The notes: generated by a model from the letters alone, not told the origin. 64,000 nt of DNA from Eledone cirrhosa (GCA_964016885.1 OZ024748.1:55676001-55740000), one strand, 5' to 3'. Shown: positions 29,258 to 44,609, counted from the first letter of the stretch. Translations and numbers: made by a program.

Positions 29258-30240
29258 TTCCTCTTTCGTCTTCTCCCTCTTTCGTCTTTTTTCTCTTTCG
29301 TCTTTTTCCTCTTTCGTCTTCTCCCTCTTTCGTCTTCTCCCTCTTTCGTCTTTTTCCTCTTTCGTCTTTTTCCTCTTTCGTCTTCTCCCTCTTTCTTTTT
29401 CCTCTTTCGTCTTTTTCCTCTTTCGTCTTCTCCCTCTTTCGTCTTTTTCCTCTTTCGTCTTTTTCCTCTTTCGTCTTCTCCCTCTTTCGTCTTTTTTCTC
29501 TTTCGTCTTTTTCCTCTTTCGTCTTCTCCCTCTTTCGTCTTCTCCCTCTTTCGTCTTTTTCCTCTTTCGTCTTTTTCCTCTTTCGTCTTCTCCCTCTTTC
29601 GTCTTTTTCCTCTTTCGTCTTTTTCCTCTTTCGTCTTCTCCCTCTTTCGTCTTTTTCCTCTTTCGTCTTCTCCCTCTTTCGTCTTTTTCCTCTTTCGTCT
29701 TTTTCATCTTTCGTCTTTTTCCTCTTTCGTCTTCTCCCTCTTTCGTCTTTTTCCTCTTTCGTCTTTTTCATCTTTCGTCTTTTTCCTCTTTCGTCTTTTT
29801 CCTCTTTCGTCTTTTTCATCTTTCGTCTTTTTCCTCTTTCGTCTTTTTCCTCTTTCGTCTTTTTCCTCTTTCGTCTTTTTCCTCTTTCGTCTTTTTCCTC
29901 TTTCGTCTTTTTCATCTTTCGTCTTTTTCCTCTTTCGTCTTTTTCCTCTTTCGTCTACTCCCTCTTTCGTCTTTTTCATCTTTCGTTTTTTTCATCTTTC
30001 GTCTTTTTCCTCTTTCGTCTTTTTCCTCTTTCGTCTTTTTCCTCTTTCGTCTTCTCCCTCTTTCGTCTTTTTCCTCTTTCCTCTTTTTCCTTTTTCGCCT
30101 TTTTCCTCTTTCGTCTTCTTTCACTTTCGTCTTCTTTCACTTTCGTCTTTTTAATCTTTCGTCTTTTTCATCTTTCATTTTTTCCTCTTTCGTCTTTTTC
30201 CTCTTTCGTCTTTTTTCAGTTTAGTTTTCTTCCTCTTTCG
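29258..30240. repeat. 16-bp polypyrimidine minisatellite (CCTCTTTCGTCTTTTT / ...CTTCTC / CATCTTTCG... variants), ~60 units
   Basis: Seen directly. It produces the spurious K/E/R-rich ORFs. Confidence 0.97.
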
Positions 30241-30399
30241 TCTTCTTCTTATTATTATTCTTTTCCTGCCCCATCGCCCGCTCCCCTCCCTTCTCCTCCC
30301 CCTTTTCTTCTTCGTCTTTTATTCCTTCTTCTTCTTCGTATGCTTCTTCTTCTTCAGCATTGTCTTCAAACTCACAATCGCTTTCATCGCTAACATGTT

Positions 30400-30432
30400 C
30401 GATAATCATCATCGTTGTTACTATGTTGAATT

Positions 30433-30475
<43 letters not shown>

Positions 30476-30600
30476 CATAATTACCAGCCTCTATATCAAC
30501 ATCATTATGGCCATCAGCATAATTAACTTCATCATCACCATCGTCATCATCATCATCACCATCGTCTTCATCATCATCATCATCATCATAATCACCACAA
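30400..30600. repeat. (ATT)n and (CAT)n trinucleotide repeats
   Basis: Seen directly. Confidence 0.9.
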
Positions 30601-30899
30601 CCATTGCACTCTTCTTCTGTCATGTAATTTCATCCGTTTTCGCTGGCTGCCATAACAGCAGGAGCAACCACAGACCGCGAGACCCTTTGATGAATTCAAA
30701 GACTCCAGAAGCAATACTAAGAGTTAATATCCGGTAAGTCTGTGTCTAAATGTAGTGTCGGTCTTGCATGGCATCAGGCATCCAAATCAGCAGTGAGAAA
30801 TATATTGTAGCATTTTTCAAAGTGTGTTTATCACTGGGTCTATGTTTGAGTACTTTAGATGTGTATAGGTCTGCCTATGTATACGTTAGTGGAGAGAGA

Positions 30900-30960
<61 letters not shown>

Positions 30961-32034
30961 TGAACGAAATAGAGGGAAGTAGAGAGAAACATATATATAG
31001 TGAGAGATAGAGAGGAGTGAGCGATAGAGAGATAGAGAGAACAATACAGAGAAAAGACAAACATATATAGAGGGGGGGGGGAATTATATAGAGATAGATA
31101 TATATATATATAGTGAGATAGAGATAGAGAGAGAGACATATATAGATAGTGAAAGCCAGATAGGTAGTGAGAGAGAAATATAGATAGTATGTGAGAGAGA
31201 GAGATAGTTTCAGAGATAGATAGGGAGAGAGATAGAGGGAATGAGGTGGTGTCGGTGGTATGTGGAGATATGGATTTTGGTGGTGGGGAATGCAGTGGAA
31301 GATACAGTGAAGCAGGATTTGTCTAGAGACAAAAGTGTTTGATAAAAGAAAACCACGGCGGCGAGTTTCAATTGTTGTTTCAAATGTCTTCGAGGTGTTG
31401 ACATCGCCATTGTATTATTGCTCCCGTGTTCCTCCTGACCCAGCTGGTTCATCGTAAGTATTATGGGATTCGTCGATATCGGCGTCATTGCCATCGGTAA
31501 GATCATTATCATCATCATCATCATCATCGTCATCATAACGAACATAATTATCTTCAACAATTTCCTCCACGATCACAGTCTCCTCCCCTGTAACATAATT
31601 TTAATCATCACATACAACCTCCCCCACCATCACATCCTCTTTCTCTAAAACAACGTCGTAATAAATTATATTCGCTATACTCATCAGAATTATCACCATC
31701 ATCATCATGGACATCATCAATATAAATAACCAATATAAATCATCAGCATCAGCATCAGCATCTTCATCATCATTGTCGTTGGCGTATCACTATCACCATC
31801 ATCGTCAGTATCTTTATCATCGTCATGATTAGTAATATCTACATAATTATTCATTTCTTTTGTGTTGTAAATAATGTATCTACCATGATGATGATGATGT
31901 TGTTAAGAATGGTGGGTGGCGGTTGTGGTTCTGGTAGATGTTGGTAGAAATAAAGATGATGATGAGGGATAGGTGGTTGATGAGGATTATAATCATAGAC
32001 ATATAGATAAGGCAGATAATGATTTCCAGAGAAG

Positions 32035-32620
32035 TAACACCACCATCACCACCAGCAATACCCCCGACCATCATCATCACGACCTCCGCCACCAACACCT
32101 CCTCCACCACCAATACCACCTCCATCATCGCCACCCACCACCTCCACCACCGATACCCCACCAAATCCATCATCACCACCACAACCAAATCCATCATCAC
32201 CACCTCTATCATCGCACCCACCCTCACCACCATCATCATCACCACCAACATGATCACCACAACCAACGCCGCCACCACCACCACCACCACCACCACCAAC
32301 ATCTTCATCATTAGCCGTATCATTTTAAATATATTGATCATGATGTTCAAAACGGACATACTCATCATGAACAAGATATTCATCATATTCATTGTCAATA
32401 TCATCATCACCATCACCATCATCATCACCACCACCATCATCACCACGACCATCATCATCACCACCACCATCATCACCACCACCATCATCACCACCACCAT
32501 CATCACCACTACCATCATCACCACCACCATCATCACCACAGCCATCATCATCAACATCGCCATCATGTCCATCATCATAGTCACCTCCAAAATCATCGAC
32601 ATATCATCATTACCATAATC
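32035..32620. repeat. (CAC)n/(CAT)n compound trinucleotide repeat
   Basis: Seen directly. Confidence 0.93.
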
Positions 32621-32839
32621 AATTTACCTAAGCTCAGCACTTATGTTTCGACGTTGTCTCATCATCAACTCTTTCTTACCTATTTCCCTGCATCCTCTCT
32701 GTTGTCTCTTATCTTTGTCTTTCGGCGAAATCTACTTCCCGATTACGCCACTGATTCATTTAAACTTTGTTCAAAGATGCAAGGAAAACATGCAACACAG
32801 GAACACCAATAATCACATCAAAAACTCTTCTTCCGCCAT

Positions 32840-33135
<296 letters not shown>

Positions 33136-34313
33136 AGCTCTCGGTCGCAAGCGCTCTTTATCAATCTCTTTCTCAGTCTCTCTTAAGCTTGCTCCCTCTC
33201 TCAAGTGCTCTTTATCAAGCTATCTCTCTCTCTCTTTATATTTGTGTGCATGGATGTATATTTATAAATATACATGTATAAAACTCTCTCTATATATGTC
33301 TATCTTCCTGTCCATCTATATGTCTCTCTCTATATCTGTCCATCTATCTGTCTCTCTATCTGTTTCTCTCTGTATCTGTCTGTCTCTATATCTGTCTGTT
33401 TGTCTATCTGCCTATATCTCTATCTATATAGAAATATATACAATATACACATATATACTTACCTATTAATAATGGTAGCCCACAAAGAACTGGATGAGGG
33501 CCCATGTTTCTTCCGTATTTATGTCAATGGCACTATAGACGTGATTAAGCATAGCAAAAATAGAATATTCCTTGGAGAGCGGACATGCTTACTATTAGTT
33601 AATAAGAAAACTATGCTAGTAAAGAAAGAACAAATTAGATTATCCCTCTTTGAAAAGGAGGTTGTACTTAACTTACCATATACTCCGCTTAAAATTATAA
33701 CCTCATGTTATCCAACAACAACAGAAAGTTTGGAGTAATTAGCGATAAGTAACTTAATTCACAGTATATAAACAAAGTTACTACGGCCCGTAATGTGGGC
33801 TCCTGGAATTTTAGTACTTTTTCCCCATTATCATTCCGGCCCCTTTTTGAAACTGTTGTCCTCTGTCGTCTCCTCACAGGACACATTATTATGAAAATAG
33901 AAGGAATCAAGTGATCCACTACGAAAGTGGGCACTATAACATTTGTATGATGTGGGAAATATTCCACCAACATTACCCAGAGGTTGTAGCATCAATTTTA
34001 AAATCGACCCAAGCTGGTCCCCGTGGTATACTCCAACTACGAAAATCAATCAGGAATTTCATAACAATACGTCATAACTATTTCCGCTCAATTAGTTCTG
34101 CTTTGTTAATACCATGCCAAATCAGAAACAGAGCCCATAGAATTGAAAAGGTCAATGAAAACATTACGCAAACAATAACTCTTGACTGGTGTAAATCATG
34201 GTGTCTAAAACAAGACAGAGGTGTTCATCGTGTGATGAAAGTCTTGGTTAGGTGAGGATAATTTAATTATGAGCGGACCAATACCTGCCGAAGCATTTAG
34301 AAAGTTGCCAAAG

Positions 34314-34353
<40 letters not shown>

Positions 34354-34452
34354 GTATTAATTTCGTAGACATATACAAGGTGTAGAGCAAATGAAAAGCT
34401 ATTCAAGCCTACGAAACGCGTGATCCCGTTATATCTGCGTTGTAGTACTGGT

Positions 34453-34499
<47 letters not shown>

Positions 34500-35370
34500 C
34501 TGATGAAACGCACCATGAGCTTCTTGTACAGACGCATCGAAGATCTGATGTGAAACATATTTATCATGAAACGTTTTGCAGAAGTGGTCATGTGAATTTT
34601 TAATAATATAAGCCTACACTTGAAATACCCCCTTTCTTTTTTATAAGACAAAAAATTTGATTGATAGAAATGCTTGCCGCAAGCGCGCAGCTCGGCACTA
34701 TAATTGCCGCACGCGAGCTAAGGTTATGAATATGCTTGAAATGACTATAACATTAAATCTAAATATTTTGTGGTAGGTAGAATTTAAATATATTATGAGA
34801 GAAGTTGAAGTGGAATTTTGTAACCTGTCACTTTCTTCAACAATCTAAATATCAAGAAAATATTTTAGACGTTATACAATATCATATATAGACTTTCAAA
34901 CGTTAATCCTACGTGGAGATGTAAATGACTACTTCTATAAAAAAAAACAAGATATAATATATTACATACAGAGAGATTTAATATTTTCCATCTAACATTT
35001 CACATATTCACTTAAAATGATAAAACATTTTCGCCAGCAAACTTCACATTTTCCATGAACATAGTCATTATAAAGGTTTATATCATGTTGTCATCTGACA
35101 CATATTGTGTAGGTACTTAAATGAGGTGTTTCAATGACCGAGTCCTTACGTTAACCAAATATGGGACTCACGTGTTTGAAGCAATTTACTCAAATTCTAC
35201 TTAGCTGAAAACAGAAACACACATTTCCTAATGTTCATCCTCCAACGAAGATAAGTATTTCAAGGATGGAACAATGATGGTCCTAGATCAGCTCAATACA
35301 ATTCGAAACGGGGTTAGATAACTTCATTGATTCTCTAAATCTTCATCGTGTTTATTATTTAGTAAAGTAA

Positions 35371-35558
35371 AGGCGGTGGATTGGCAGTATCGGTAGAGAG
35401 TCGGACATGCTTTCCAGCATAGTTACGTCCCTTTACAATCTGAGTTCAAATCCAGCCGAGGTTAACTTTGCCTTTCATCCTTGCGGGGTCGATAAAATAA
35501 AGTACCAGTAATGTACTGGATAATTGCTGGCCTTGTGCGAAAAGTAGAAACAATTATT
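35371..35558 (+). mobile_element. Full-length SINE family 1 copy with 15-bp TSD
   Basis: ATTATTTAGTAAAGT occurs at 35354-35368 and 35553-35567. Confidence 0.95.
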
Positions 35559-36172
35559 TAGTAAAGTTTCTGAAAATATTTATATGTCATAACACTTTCA
35601 CAATATACTCACACTGTAAAGCTCTACTACTACAAATGTGAACATGATTCTAGAGCCTTTTTGGAGAGGGTCACTGACTTCATTTGAATGGATCTTATTG
35701 CTGTGATGAGGGATCGAGAAGTCTGAAACAAGAAACATATGCTTGCTTCACCATCGTTGGAAGGATGAATCAAGAAATGAAGGTAGTTATATTAACAGAA
35801 ACGATCACAGTCCCTACGTCTGATATAGTATCCTGCATTTCAACATCAGGATATAGTGACACATAATGATATAGCCCTTCTTATTAAGCAACTAAAAAAC
35901 GTCTTCACCAACCAATGGGAAATACATGAGCCATACTTGTTGATCTATTCTATATCACGCCATTCTCGAAAACCCTAACAAATTGCACATGCAAAGGTCT
36001 AAAGCTTATACGGGCGTGTCACCTATCTTGTTTGTAGATTAAATAGGTCAATCGAAATATATATATAAGTATATATATATAGTAAATGAGTGAAGAATAA
36101 CGTGGCCGGCTGCACAATTGGACTTATTTAAAGTATTAACAATGGTTTCATTATTCCGGTGTGTCTATTTAA

Positions 36173-36210
<38 letters not shown>

Positions 36211-36632
36211 CACACACACAGTTTCTGAAAATAGGCCGCATGGTTAAATCTTTAGAATAGTCATTCAAAATAGGGTTAACACAAGACAAAACAATTGAAA
36301 ATACATTCGATAAACTGACAATCCCGTCTCCTCAGCCAACCTCTTGAAATCACTACAGTTTCGGTCAAAAAATTAATGTTGTTACTATCATTCCTGTGCA
36401 CATTGGAGCGGAATAAAGCAGGGACAGACAAAGACATGACAAGTTAGGCCTTTCAACGAAATACGCAGATATAAATGAAAAAGTATCTTCAGTGAGTCAA
36501 CTGAAAAAGAAAAGAGAGAACTGTTTGCCAGAGCTTAGCCAAAGGAGAAATAAGGAAAGGAGAGAAATAGTGAAACGAAAAGTAATACATGTATATATGT
36601 ATATATATGTATATATATATATATATATATAT

Positions 36633-36820
36633 AATTGTTTCTACTTTTGGCACAAGGCCAGCAATTATCCAGTACATTACTGGTACTTTATTTTATCGAC
36701 CCCGTAAGGATGAAAGGCAAAGTTAACCTCGGCGGGATTTGAACTCAGACCGTAAAGGGACGTAACTATACTGGAAAGCATGGCGTCCGACTCTCTACCG
36801 ATACTGCCAATCCACCGCCC
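36633..36820 (-). mobile_element. Full-length, near-consensus SINE family 1 copy inserted in (TA)n
   Basis: Reverse complement starts GGGCGGTGGATTGGCAGTATCGG and contains B-box GAGTTCAAATCCC. Confidence 0.95.
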
Positions 36821-39501
36821 TATATATATATATATAATGCGTGTGTGTTTGTGTGTACGGATATGTTATACGCACAGGTAAGGGAATAAAACTGCTTGCA
36901 CAGTTAAGTATTGCCAATTGTCTCTCCAGCTAAACATCTTCTATAGAAAAATATATTAGAACACTTGCGAGGTCAAAAGTTATAGATTACCTCAAACAAA
37001 CAACAATATATTGAGTCTTTTGTAAATGTAAGGAGAATGTTCTTTATTCTTGCTAGTCGCAAAATTGATGAAGAACCTGAATAGCTGTCATTGAAAATGG
37101 ATCAAGGACAATTACTGAAAGTTATTTCAGAATATATATGAATCTTTGAAGAATGAAGTGGAAATTTCCGATACTAACTTTCTGAAAACATTTGTTCTAA
37201 ATCTATCGTAATATAGGCTACTTTGAGTGAAGACACTTTAAAATGTTAAAGACAGTTTTAGCTTATCAATAGGAATACATAATCTATTAAGTGATTTAAA
37301 CTTTCCTCATTGTTAATTTGTTTTGCAGAAAAGTATAAGTAGTAAAGGTAGGGATAGTCATTGATGTTATGTTTTGTTTCTAGACCGTTACAAAAATTAA
37401 TTCTGTACAACAGATTTAAACATATTCCTGGCTATATTCATGTTCGTAGAAATACTATAAACAATGGCTTTGTATCTAGGAGCCGCGGCACATGTAGATA
37501 CCACGTATAGTCCATATAACTTAGATTTTGGGGTAAGTTTAATATTCTCTTGTTTAAAAATAATCATGTGAATTTTTAATGCAATACATCGGAGCATGTG
37601 CATTCCATTGCGGTAATGTGCCATGCGTGAACCCGTCCCCGATTTTAAGCAATTTTCATATTTTTTTCCATAATAAAGCTTTTTAAAAGCTGAAAGTTTG
37701 CTGCAACGCCTATAGCGTCTTATTCAATTTGATCTCGATCGAAATTTGCGGTAAATCGTTGCCTCTAGTTATGATCTATCCATTGTCACCCCTCCCCTGC
37801 TCCCTCTCTCTCTATCCCCCGTCTCTCTCTTTCTATATATATATATATAATACAATCTTGTGTGTGTAAATTCAAACTGCACGGTACTACACATTGTTCT
37901 CGCAACATGCTAAGGCGAAGAAGAAATATAGAGAGAATTGATGTATTATATACAATAGGGAGAGATAGAAACTATATTGAAAGGCTGAATAAGATATCCT
38001 GAGATTCTAAACCTAAACGTGAATAACTCATCTATATTATGTTATGTATACCCCTACACATAAATGTATAAACCAAGCACGCAACGAGCGAAAATAATTA
38101 AAGCAGTATGTAGAAGCAAATAACTAGAGAAAACATGCAAATATTCATGAGATTAGTAAACATTCTGAACAAGACAAATGATTTAATGATTTAAAAGAAC
38201 AAAAAGAAACGTAACACACACACATACACAAGAAAAAAAATATGTATATAAACCCCGTTATATTCAAACAAAGCTGAACGTAAATGAAAAAAAATAATTG
38301 AAGCTTTCTGACGCAAGATATATATTGAGTTGAGAAATGTTTAATAAAGAATTTATATGAGTAGTTTTTGAGGGGAAACAAATCAATAAGGGAAATGTCG
38401 GTAGAATCCCAGAGAGCAATTAATTGAATTGACATTAAAGTGCTAAGATTTCTTTATAATCCCGAGAGACTGATAAAACGTAAAGCACTTCACTCAATTT
38501 TGAGTTTATACAAAGTTATGACCGGTGAAAATAATAACATCGGCATAATGACTTAATGCATTTTATTTTGTATTAACTAAAATGATTTTAGACATAAAAT
38601 AGCAGAAAATAAAAAAAAAAGAATTAACAATATCACTCACATTTCAAATATTCATTCACACTTCTACTTACGTAAGAGTTTAAGAAATAACATTTTCAGT
38701 TTACAAACTTCGAGATTATTTGATTCGTAACCACCTCCTTCACAACATTACATTAGCTTCTGGCTGTTTATAATATAATAGGATGTTTCTGTAAACATGT
38801 AAACATGTTGTAAAGTTGTTACGTTTCTGAACATGTTTAAATTAGTTATTGCAAATATAAAACAAAAAATAATCCCTGCAAAACATGCAAACAACACTTT
38901 TGTACATATAAAGGTCAATTATTGATTAACAGAGAAAGAAAAAAAAGTATTTATGATTGCTTAAAAATACGAATGAAATAACGTTTCTGATATCAATTTT
39001 AGAAAGCATTTCATTATCTAGTTACATATTATTTGTTTATGTACAATCTATGTACATACATGGGCATACATGTTTACGTCACTCGACATGCTAGATATAG
39101 CAAGCAAATTCCTGTAAAATTAATGTTTTAAATGAAGACATTTCGTAAATAAATGAAACGTTAAGTAATGTAACTCTAAAGACCACCAGGCTTTCAGGAT
39201 GTTTACAGAGGTAAATGTTTTTTTATCAAAGTTCAGCTAGATCCAAATTGACTTGATGATGACGGAAAAGTGTCAAATATGTTTTGCTAGATTAATTAAA
39301 GCTCTATAGAGTGAATTATCATTAATTGGTGAGAGACAAATTAGTAAACATAATATTGATACATAACTCAATCACTTTAAACCCTTACATGGGGAAATTA
39401 ACAAAAGTATTATTTATAGTCATAACAATGTCAAATGTCTTATCAGGCAAATAAATGAGCTGCAAAGATACGGGGTTAGAGGTAACAAATTATTGGTTTA
39501 A

Positions 39502-39722
39502 CCCTTTAGCATTTAAACCGGCCATATCCGGCCAGAATTTCCTCACCTCTTGCTGTTTAAATTGGCTATAACTGGCCACTCATACTGATGTTAAGGTATT
39601 GTTCCGAAAATAAATAGCATCAAAATATCATAGATTCGATGTTATGTGAGATAATTATGTGAGGTAAAGCCTTTACTGCAAAAATACTAGAGTAAATATA
39701 GAGTAATGTAAATGCTAAAGGA
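39502..39722. mobile_element. piggyBac-type MITE
   Basis: TTAA|CCCTTTAGCATTTA ... TAAATGCTAAAGGA|TTAA: TTAA target duplication, ~14-bp TIRs starting CCC, no ORF. Confidence 0.85.
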
Positions 39723-39964
39723 TTAAATATTGTCGTTTAAGGGATGCCTCAATTATTTACAACAGTCACACGTGCAATGATTAACAACCAATAATATAAT
39801 TGCTCAGTCAGTTTACTAAATATATTGACTATATACTAAGTTCCAGTAAGTACAAATAAGAGTCTATACTGTGATGTTTATCGTTAATTATCGTTAACTA
39901 TTCAAGCTTAAACATATTATCTAGCATTAATATTAATATATAGCACCGTTATCTGACTGGTAAT

Positions 39965-40586
39965 GGGGCGTGGATTGGCAGTATCGGTAGAGAGTCAGAT
40001 ACCATGCTTTGCAGCATAGAGATACGACTCTTTACGGTCTGATATTCAAATCCCGCCGAGGTTAACTTTGCTTTTCATCCTTACGGGGTCGATAAAGTTA
40101 ACCTCGGCGGGATTTGAACTCAGAATGGAAAGGGCCGTAACTCTATGTGTCAATGCATGGCGTCCGACCATCTACCGATACTGCCAATCGAATGATTTCT
40201 GATTTAGATACAAAGCCAATGATTTGGGGAGAGGGGGGAAAATCGATTAAATCGACCTCATTACATTACTGGTACTTTATTTCATCAACCCTGTAATGAC
40301 GGAAGGCAAAGTTAACCGCAGCGCGATTTAAACTCTTTGCTGAAAGCATATTGTGCGACGCTCTACCAATACTGCCAATCCACCACCCTAATTATAATAA
40401 TTGTTTCTATTTTTGGCACAAGGCCAGCAATTACCCAGTGCATTTACTGGTACTTTATTTTATCGACCCTGTAAGGGTGAAAGGCAAAGTTAACCTCGGC
40501 GGGATTTGAACTCAACGTAAAGAGACATCACTATGCCGCGAAGCAAGGTGTCTGACGCTCTACCGATTCTGCCAATCCACTGCCCT
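39965..40586. mobile_element. SINE family 1 cluster: fused inverted head-core-head (39965-40189) plus two minus-strand copies (40192-40388, 40398-40586)
   Basis: Consensus matches on both strands. Confidence 0.92.
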
Positions 40587-41277
40587 AATTACGATAATAA
40601 TAGTTAGAAAAGATAAAGTAATGGTATAAATATTTTTAAAAGAAATATATTGATCGTGGTGAAAATGATTATAATTATGATGATGCTATAGGAAGGAAGG
40701 ACTTCAATGTGTTCTTTTATATTTTTTTACATACAATATTTTTAAAAAAATCCAGAGATTCCAATGGGAAGGGTGGTGGGGTGAGGGAGGATGAGAGAGA
40801 AAAAACGATGTTTAATTTCATTTAGAATAAGTGAGAAGATCATGAGGCGTTCTAATCAAAATTGCCTAAAGCGTAATTTGAGTTATGCACGTACATTATA
40901 TATACTGATCTAAGTGCCGGAAACATATCTCTGAGCATGAAATGAAAAGGTGTAAGTCTGTTCCAGAAACACTTTTCAAACAATAATACATGTTTTAATG
41001 TCGGTCATACATTGAGAGGTGTTTTCCTTTGAGTTTCGCAGAGGAAATATTAAATGGTGATGATAATGATGATAGTGGGGAATAGAATAGTTTGGATAAT
41101 GCTGTGGGGTTGTTTTCATTCAAAGGTAAGATTTTGTTTCTTAAACTTCTTTACAGCTATTAATTTCCCTTTTACAACGTCATATATCCACGTTAAATAT
41201 ATACTGAACTACGCAATCATGAACTAACTTAGAAGTATATGAACCCACATGGATACGGACACGCATGCATACATTCA

Positions 41278-41311
<34 letters not shown>

Positions 41312-41404
41312 CCGTAATATATATATAATGTGTGTATCCCGGGTTAAATTGGGGGTAACCACAGTAAGTAAAGTACTCAATACATAGCAGATTATAAATT
41401 TTTA

Positions 41405-41750
41405 ATATAGAAATGGATTCTACAGGATAGAGCTCATAGCTCGGAATCGCTAAATGTTGAACTCCGATGCGAGATCACAGCTCCAATACTGTGGACATTA
41501 GGATAAAATTTGTCAGGAAAGCATCACCTGACAGATCTTCCGAGCATAAGCAGCCGGTAGGAGACCCAAGAATAGATCCTGAGTAAGATGGTTATATAAT
41601 GTACATGATCATGGCTGGTCTCACTTAAAGAACGCGCCCGAACATTTGTCAACAATTGCTTTTGACAGGACACCCTGGAGAGCGTACTGAAGGGCTCTGC
41701 CCCCTTGACACTCAATAGTAAGTGGGCGAAGAAGATGAGGTGGACGTGGA
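41405..41750 (+). mobile_element. Decayed 3' end of an RTE-clade LINE
   Basis: Frameshifted translation ...ESLNVE..RSQLQYCGH...QIFRA*AAGRRPKNRS*VRWLYNVHDHGWSH...PEHLSTIAFDRTPWRAY*RALPP matches the RTE C-terminal pattern (GH..R; G.RPRGRP..RW.D; DR..WR). Confidence 0.75.
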
Positions 41751-42653
41751 GGAGAATTCTTATGTTTTACCGGCTTCTCTATATTAGCATTAACCTTTTG
41801 TATACACCATTTCTTTCTGATCCAGTAATGATTTTTAAGGATACGTGTACAGAGTTGTATTTGGGGAAGATGCAGCTTATGTGTGCAACTATTCAGCTGT
41901 ATATTGTTTTTATTTTCTAGTGCACAATCGACATAGCCAACATAATATTCACTTATACACTTGTGTTTATATATATATGAGAGATAGAGAGTGCTGACAG
42001 ATATACGGATATACATACAAAATATAATTTATTTTTATTTTAGTTATTGTGTTCTGTGAAATATGTGACCTAAATCTTCGTTTTACTAAATATGTCTTAT
42101 TGAATATTTGAGGCAACCAAATAATAAGGAATTCATTATGTGCAGTGGTCTTACAAATATTCTATTATTGGTAAAATTTCTTAGATTGTATGGAGTTTCC
42201 ATTCAGGATTTCAGCCATTGTTAAACGTAGGCACCATAGGAGGATAGAAACTCACTATCAATATGTATATATATATTATGTATATATGTATAAATGTATT
42301 ATATATATACATGTACATATGTGTTATGAAGACCTGAGCAGAAATGTGTCCGCATATGAGTATTACACTAATATTTATTTCAATAATATTGCTGCCTTTT
42401 TTTTTTTTTATTAACGTACTGCTGTTGCTGCTGTTGCTGCTGATGTTGTGCTTTGCATATATGATAGCAATTCTAATTTATATTTGATTCCTTTATTTGA
42501 TTTTATTAGAATTTCTTCTATTATTTGGTTGTATTTTTAATTCAATGGTTTTTGTATTTATTAGAAGTTTTGATAATTGATGGAGTTTGTGGAAATAGAT
42601 TTTGCTGTTGCTGCTGATTTTTAATATATATATGAGCACCGTTTAACCTTTCC

Positions 42654-42840
42654 TGGATTGGCAGTGTCGGTAGAGGGACAGACGCCATGCTTTGACGCAT
42701 AGAGTTGCGGTCCTTGCCATTCTGTGTTCAAATCCCGCCGAGATTAACTTTGCCTTTGATCCTTACGGGGTCGATAAAATATAGTACCAGTAATGCACTG
42801 GTTCATTGCTAGCCTTGTGCAAAAAGTAGAAACAATTATT
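42654..42840 (+). mobile_element. SINE family 1 copy
   Basis: Consensus match. Confidence 0.93.
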
Positions 42841-43007
42841 CATGTGACGTACGGCAAGTAAATTCATGTTTAAACAGATGTATCCATATATCTGTATAGC
42901 TGTGCCACGATCCAAGAGAATGAACGGATCTGTTATTTTTATCTAAAGCCATTGTTTTCCAATTCCGCCCCAACCGTCTCTTCAATCTATCTAATTTCTC
43001 GTTCTTT

Positions 43008-43123
43008 CTTTTGCTGAGGGACTAGAATCCGAAACGTTAAGACCCTCTTCCTGCTATTTCAAGTGTTAACCTAATATATTCATTCCATATACTGTACCGA
43101 TTGTGTTATTTCTGTTTACCCTT

Positions 43124-43128
<5 letters not shown>
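43008..43128 (+). mobile_element. Degenerate HHR-bearing element, family D
   Basis: CTGAG(del)-GGActagaaTCC-GAAA-CGTTA. Downstream TTCAAGTGTTAACCTAATATATT matches 58396-58420 (minus), and the 3' end abuts (TA)n. Confidence 0.55.
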
Positions 43129-43197
<69 letters not shown>

Positions 43198-43224
43198 CGA
43201 AATAATAACTCGCAACCACTTACG

Positions 43225-43283
<59 letters not shown>

Positions 43284-43649
43284 TCACCAACATTTGTTTA
43301 AATATATTCAATTAATAGCACAGCTTGAATGTACACATTTATTTGCCTATTGCAAGTATCTTAATTTGTGAGATACAAATAATTTTAAGAATATCTTTTC
43401 TTTTATATACAAGATTACTAGGCTACTTGCGATTTCCTAATTGTATACAAACTTGTACATGTAGGTATGTATGTTTTTTTATGTGCAAAACTGTTTTAAC
43501 AAAGCCACTCACACTTGTTTCAATTTCCATAACGATGGTTATAAACCGTTGATATACCACCGAACGATTGTATGCCAGCACCGAAAGACTAGCTTAATAT
43601 TAGGGAAATTATTAAAATGAAGGCATTATTTACAGTGTAGTATTCTATG

Positions 43650-43876
43650 AACACACCACACCATACCAGACCACACTACACTACGTTACATCACACCACA
43701 CCACACCACACCACACCACACCACACCACACCACACCACACCACACTACGTCACAGCACAGCACAGCACAGCACACTACAGCACACCACAGCACACCACA
43801 GCACACCACAGCACACCACAGCACACCACACTACACTACACTACACTACACTACACTACACTACACTACACACACT
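43650..43876. repeat. Pentanucleotide array (CACCA/CACAG/CACTA)n
   Basis: Seen directly. Confidence 0.93.
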
Positions 43877-44164
43877 CTATCTATGTTAATCCCGAGTTCA
43901 ATCGGTGGTAACGACAGTTAGAAAGGTACTCAATATATTAGTAGAGTTAATTGTTTATACAACAATATGTATATAGGAATGGCTTCTACTGGACTGGAAC
44001 TGTGTCATTTGAAGGAAATCATCAGGGCTTTCCGAGTGATTTTCCATTTCTATATAAATATTGTTATATATATATAATATATCTTCATACACATTGACGA
44101 AGGCCTTCTTTACAATGTATTATTACATACATTCATACATACATACATACATACATACATACAT

Positions 44165-44229
<65 letters not shown>

Positions 44230-44577
44230 TATATATGTATATATATATATATATCTTCACACATATTGATGATAAGCAAATCATTTTGTAGACAGATTTA
44301 TGTGTATCATGTAAATTCTTAATTACAGAGATAAATGATTTTCTTCCTAATTTGTATTATACTCATGTTTTAGTAAAATAGTAAGCCATTATACAACCCA
44401 AGTGAATATAAATTATCAAAAGTTCACAGATCACAGAATTTTCCTAGTCTTCTTTTAGATCATTCGTTAAGGAATATTTGGCAGTTCGTCTGCATATAAA
44501 GATATTTCATGTTTGATGGTGGTGAGAAATAAATAGGAAATAAAAACAAGGGGGTAAAAAATACAGAAATATTGCAT

Positions 44578-44609
<32 letters not shown>

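Noticed and set aside
29234-30478. K/E/R-rich ORFs and an acidic ORF on the minus strand
   Set aside because: Products of the 16-bp minisatellite (unit not a multiple of 3) and decayed trinucleotide repeats.
30659-30739. Possible small exon ending in CG|GTAAGT
   Set aside because: Good donor but weak acceptor, no recognisable protein and no partner exons; cannot be supported without RNA data.
31880-32618. His-, Thr- and Met/Val-rich ORFs
   Set aside because: (CAC/CAT)n repeat open in several frames on both strands.
36633-36820. tRNA gene calls for A/B-box sequences
   Set aside because: No cloverleaf; these are heads of a multi-copy SINE.
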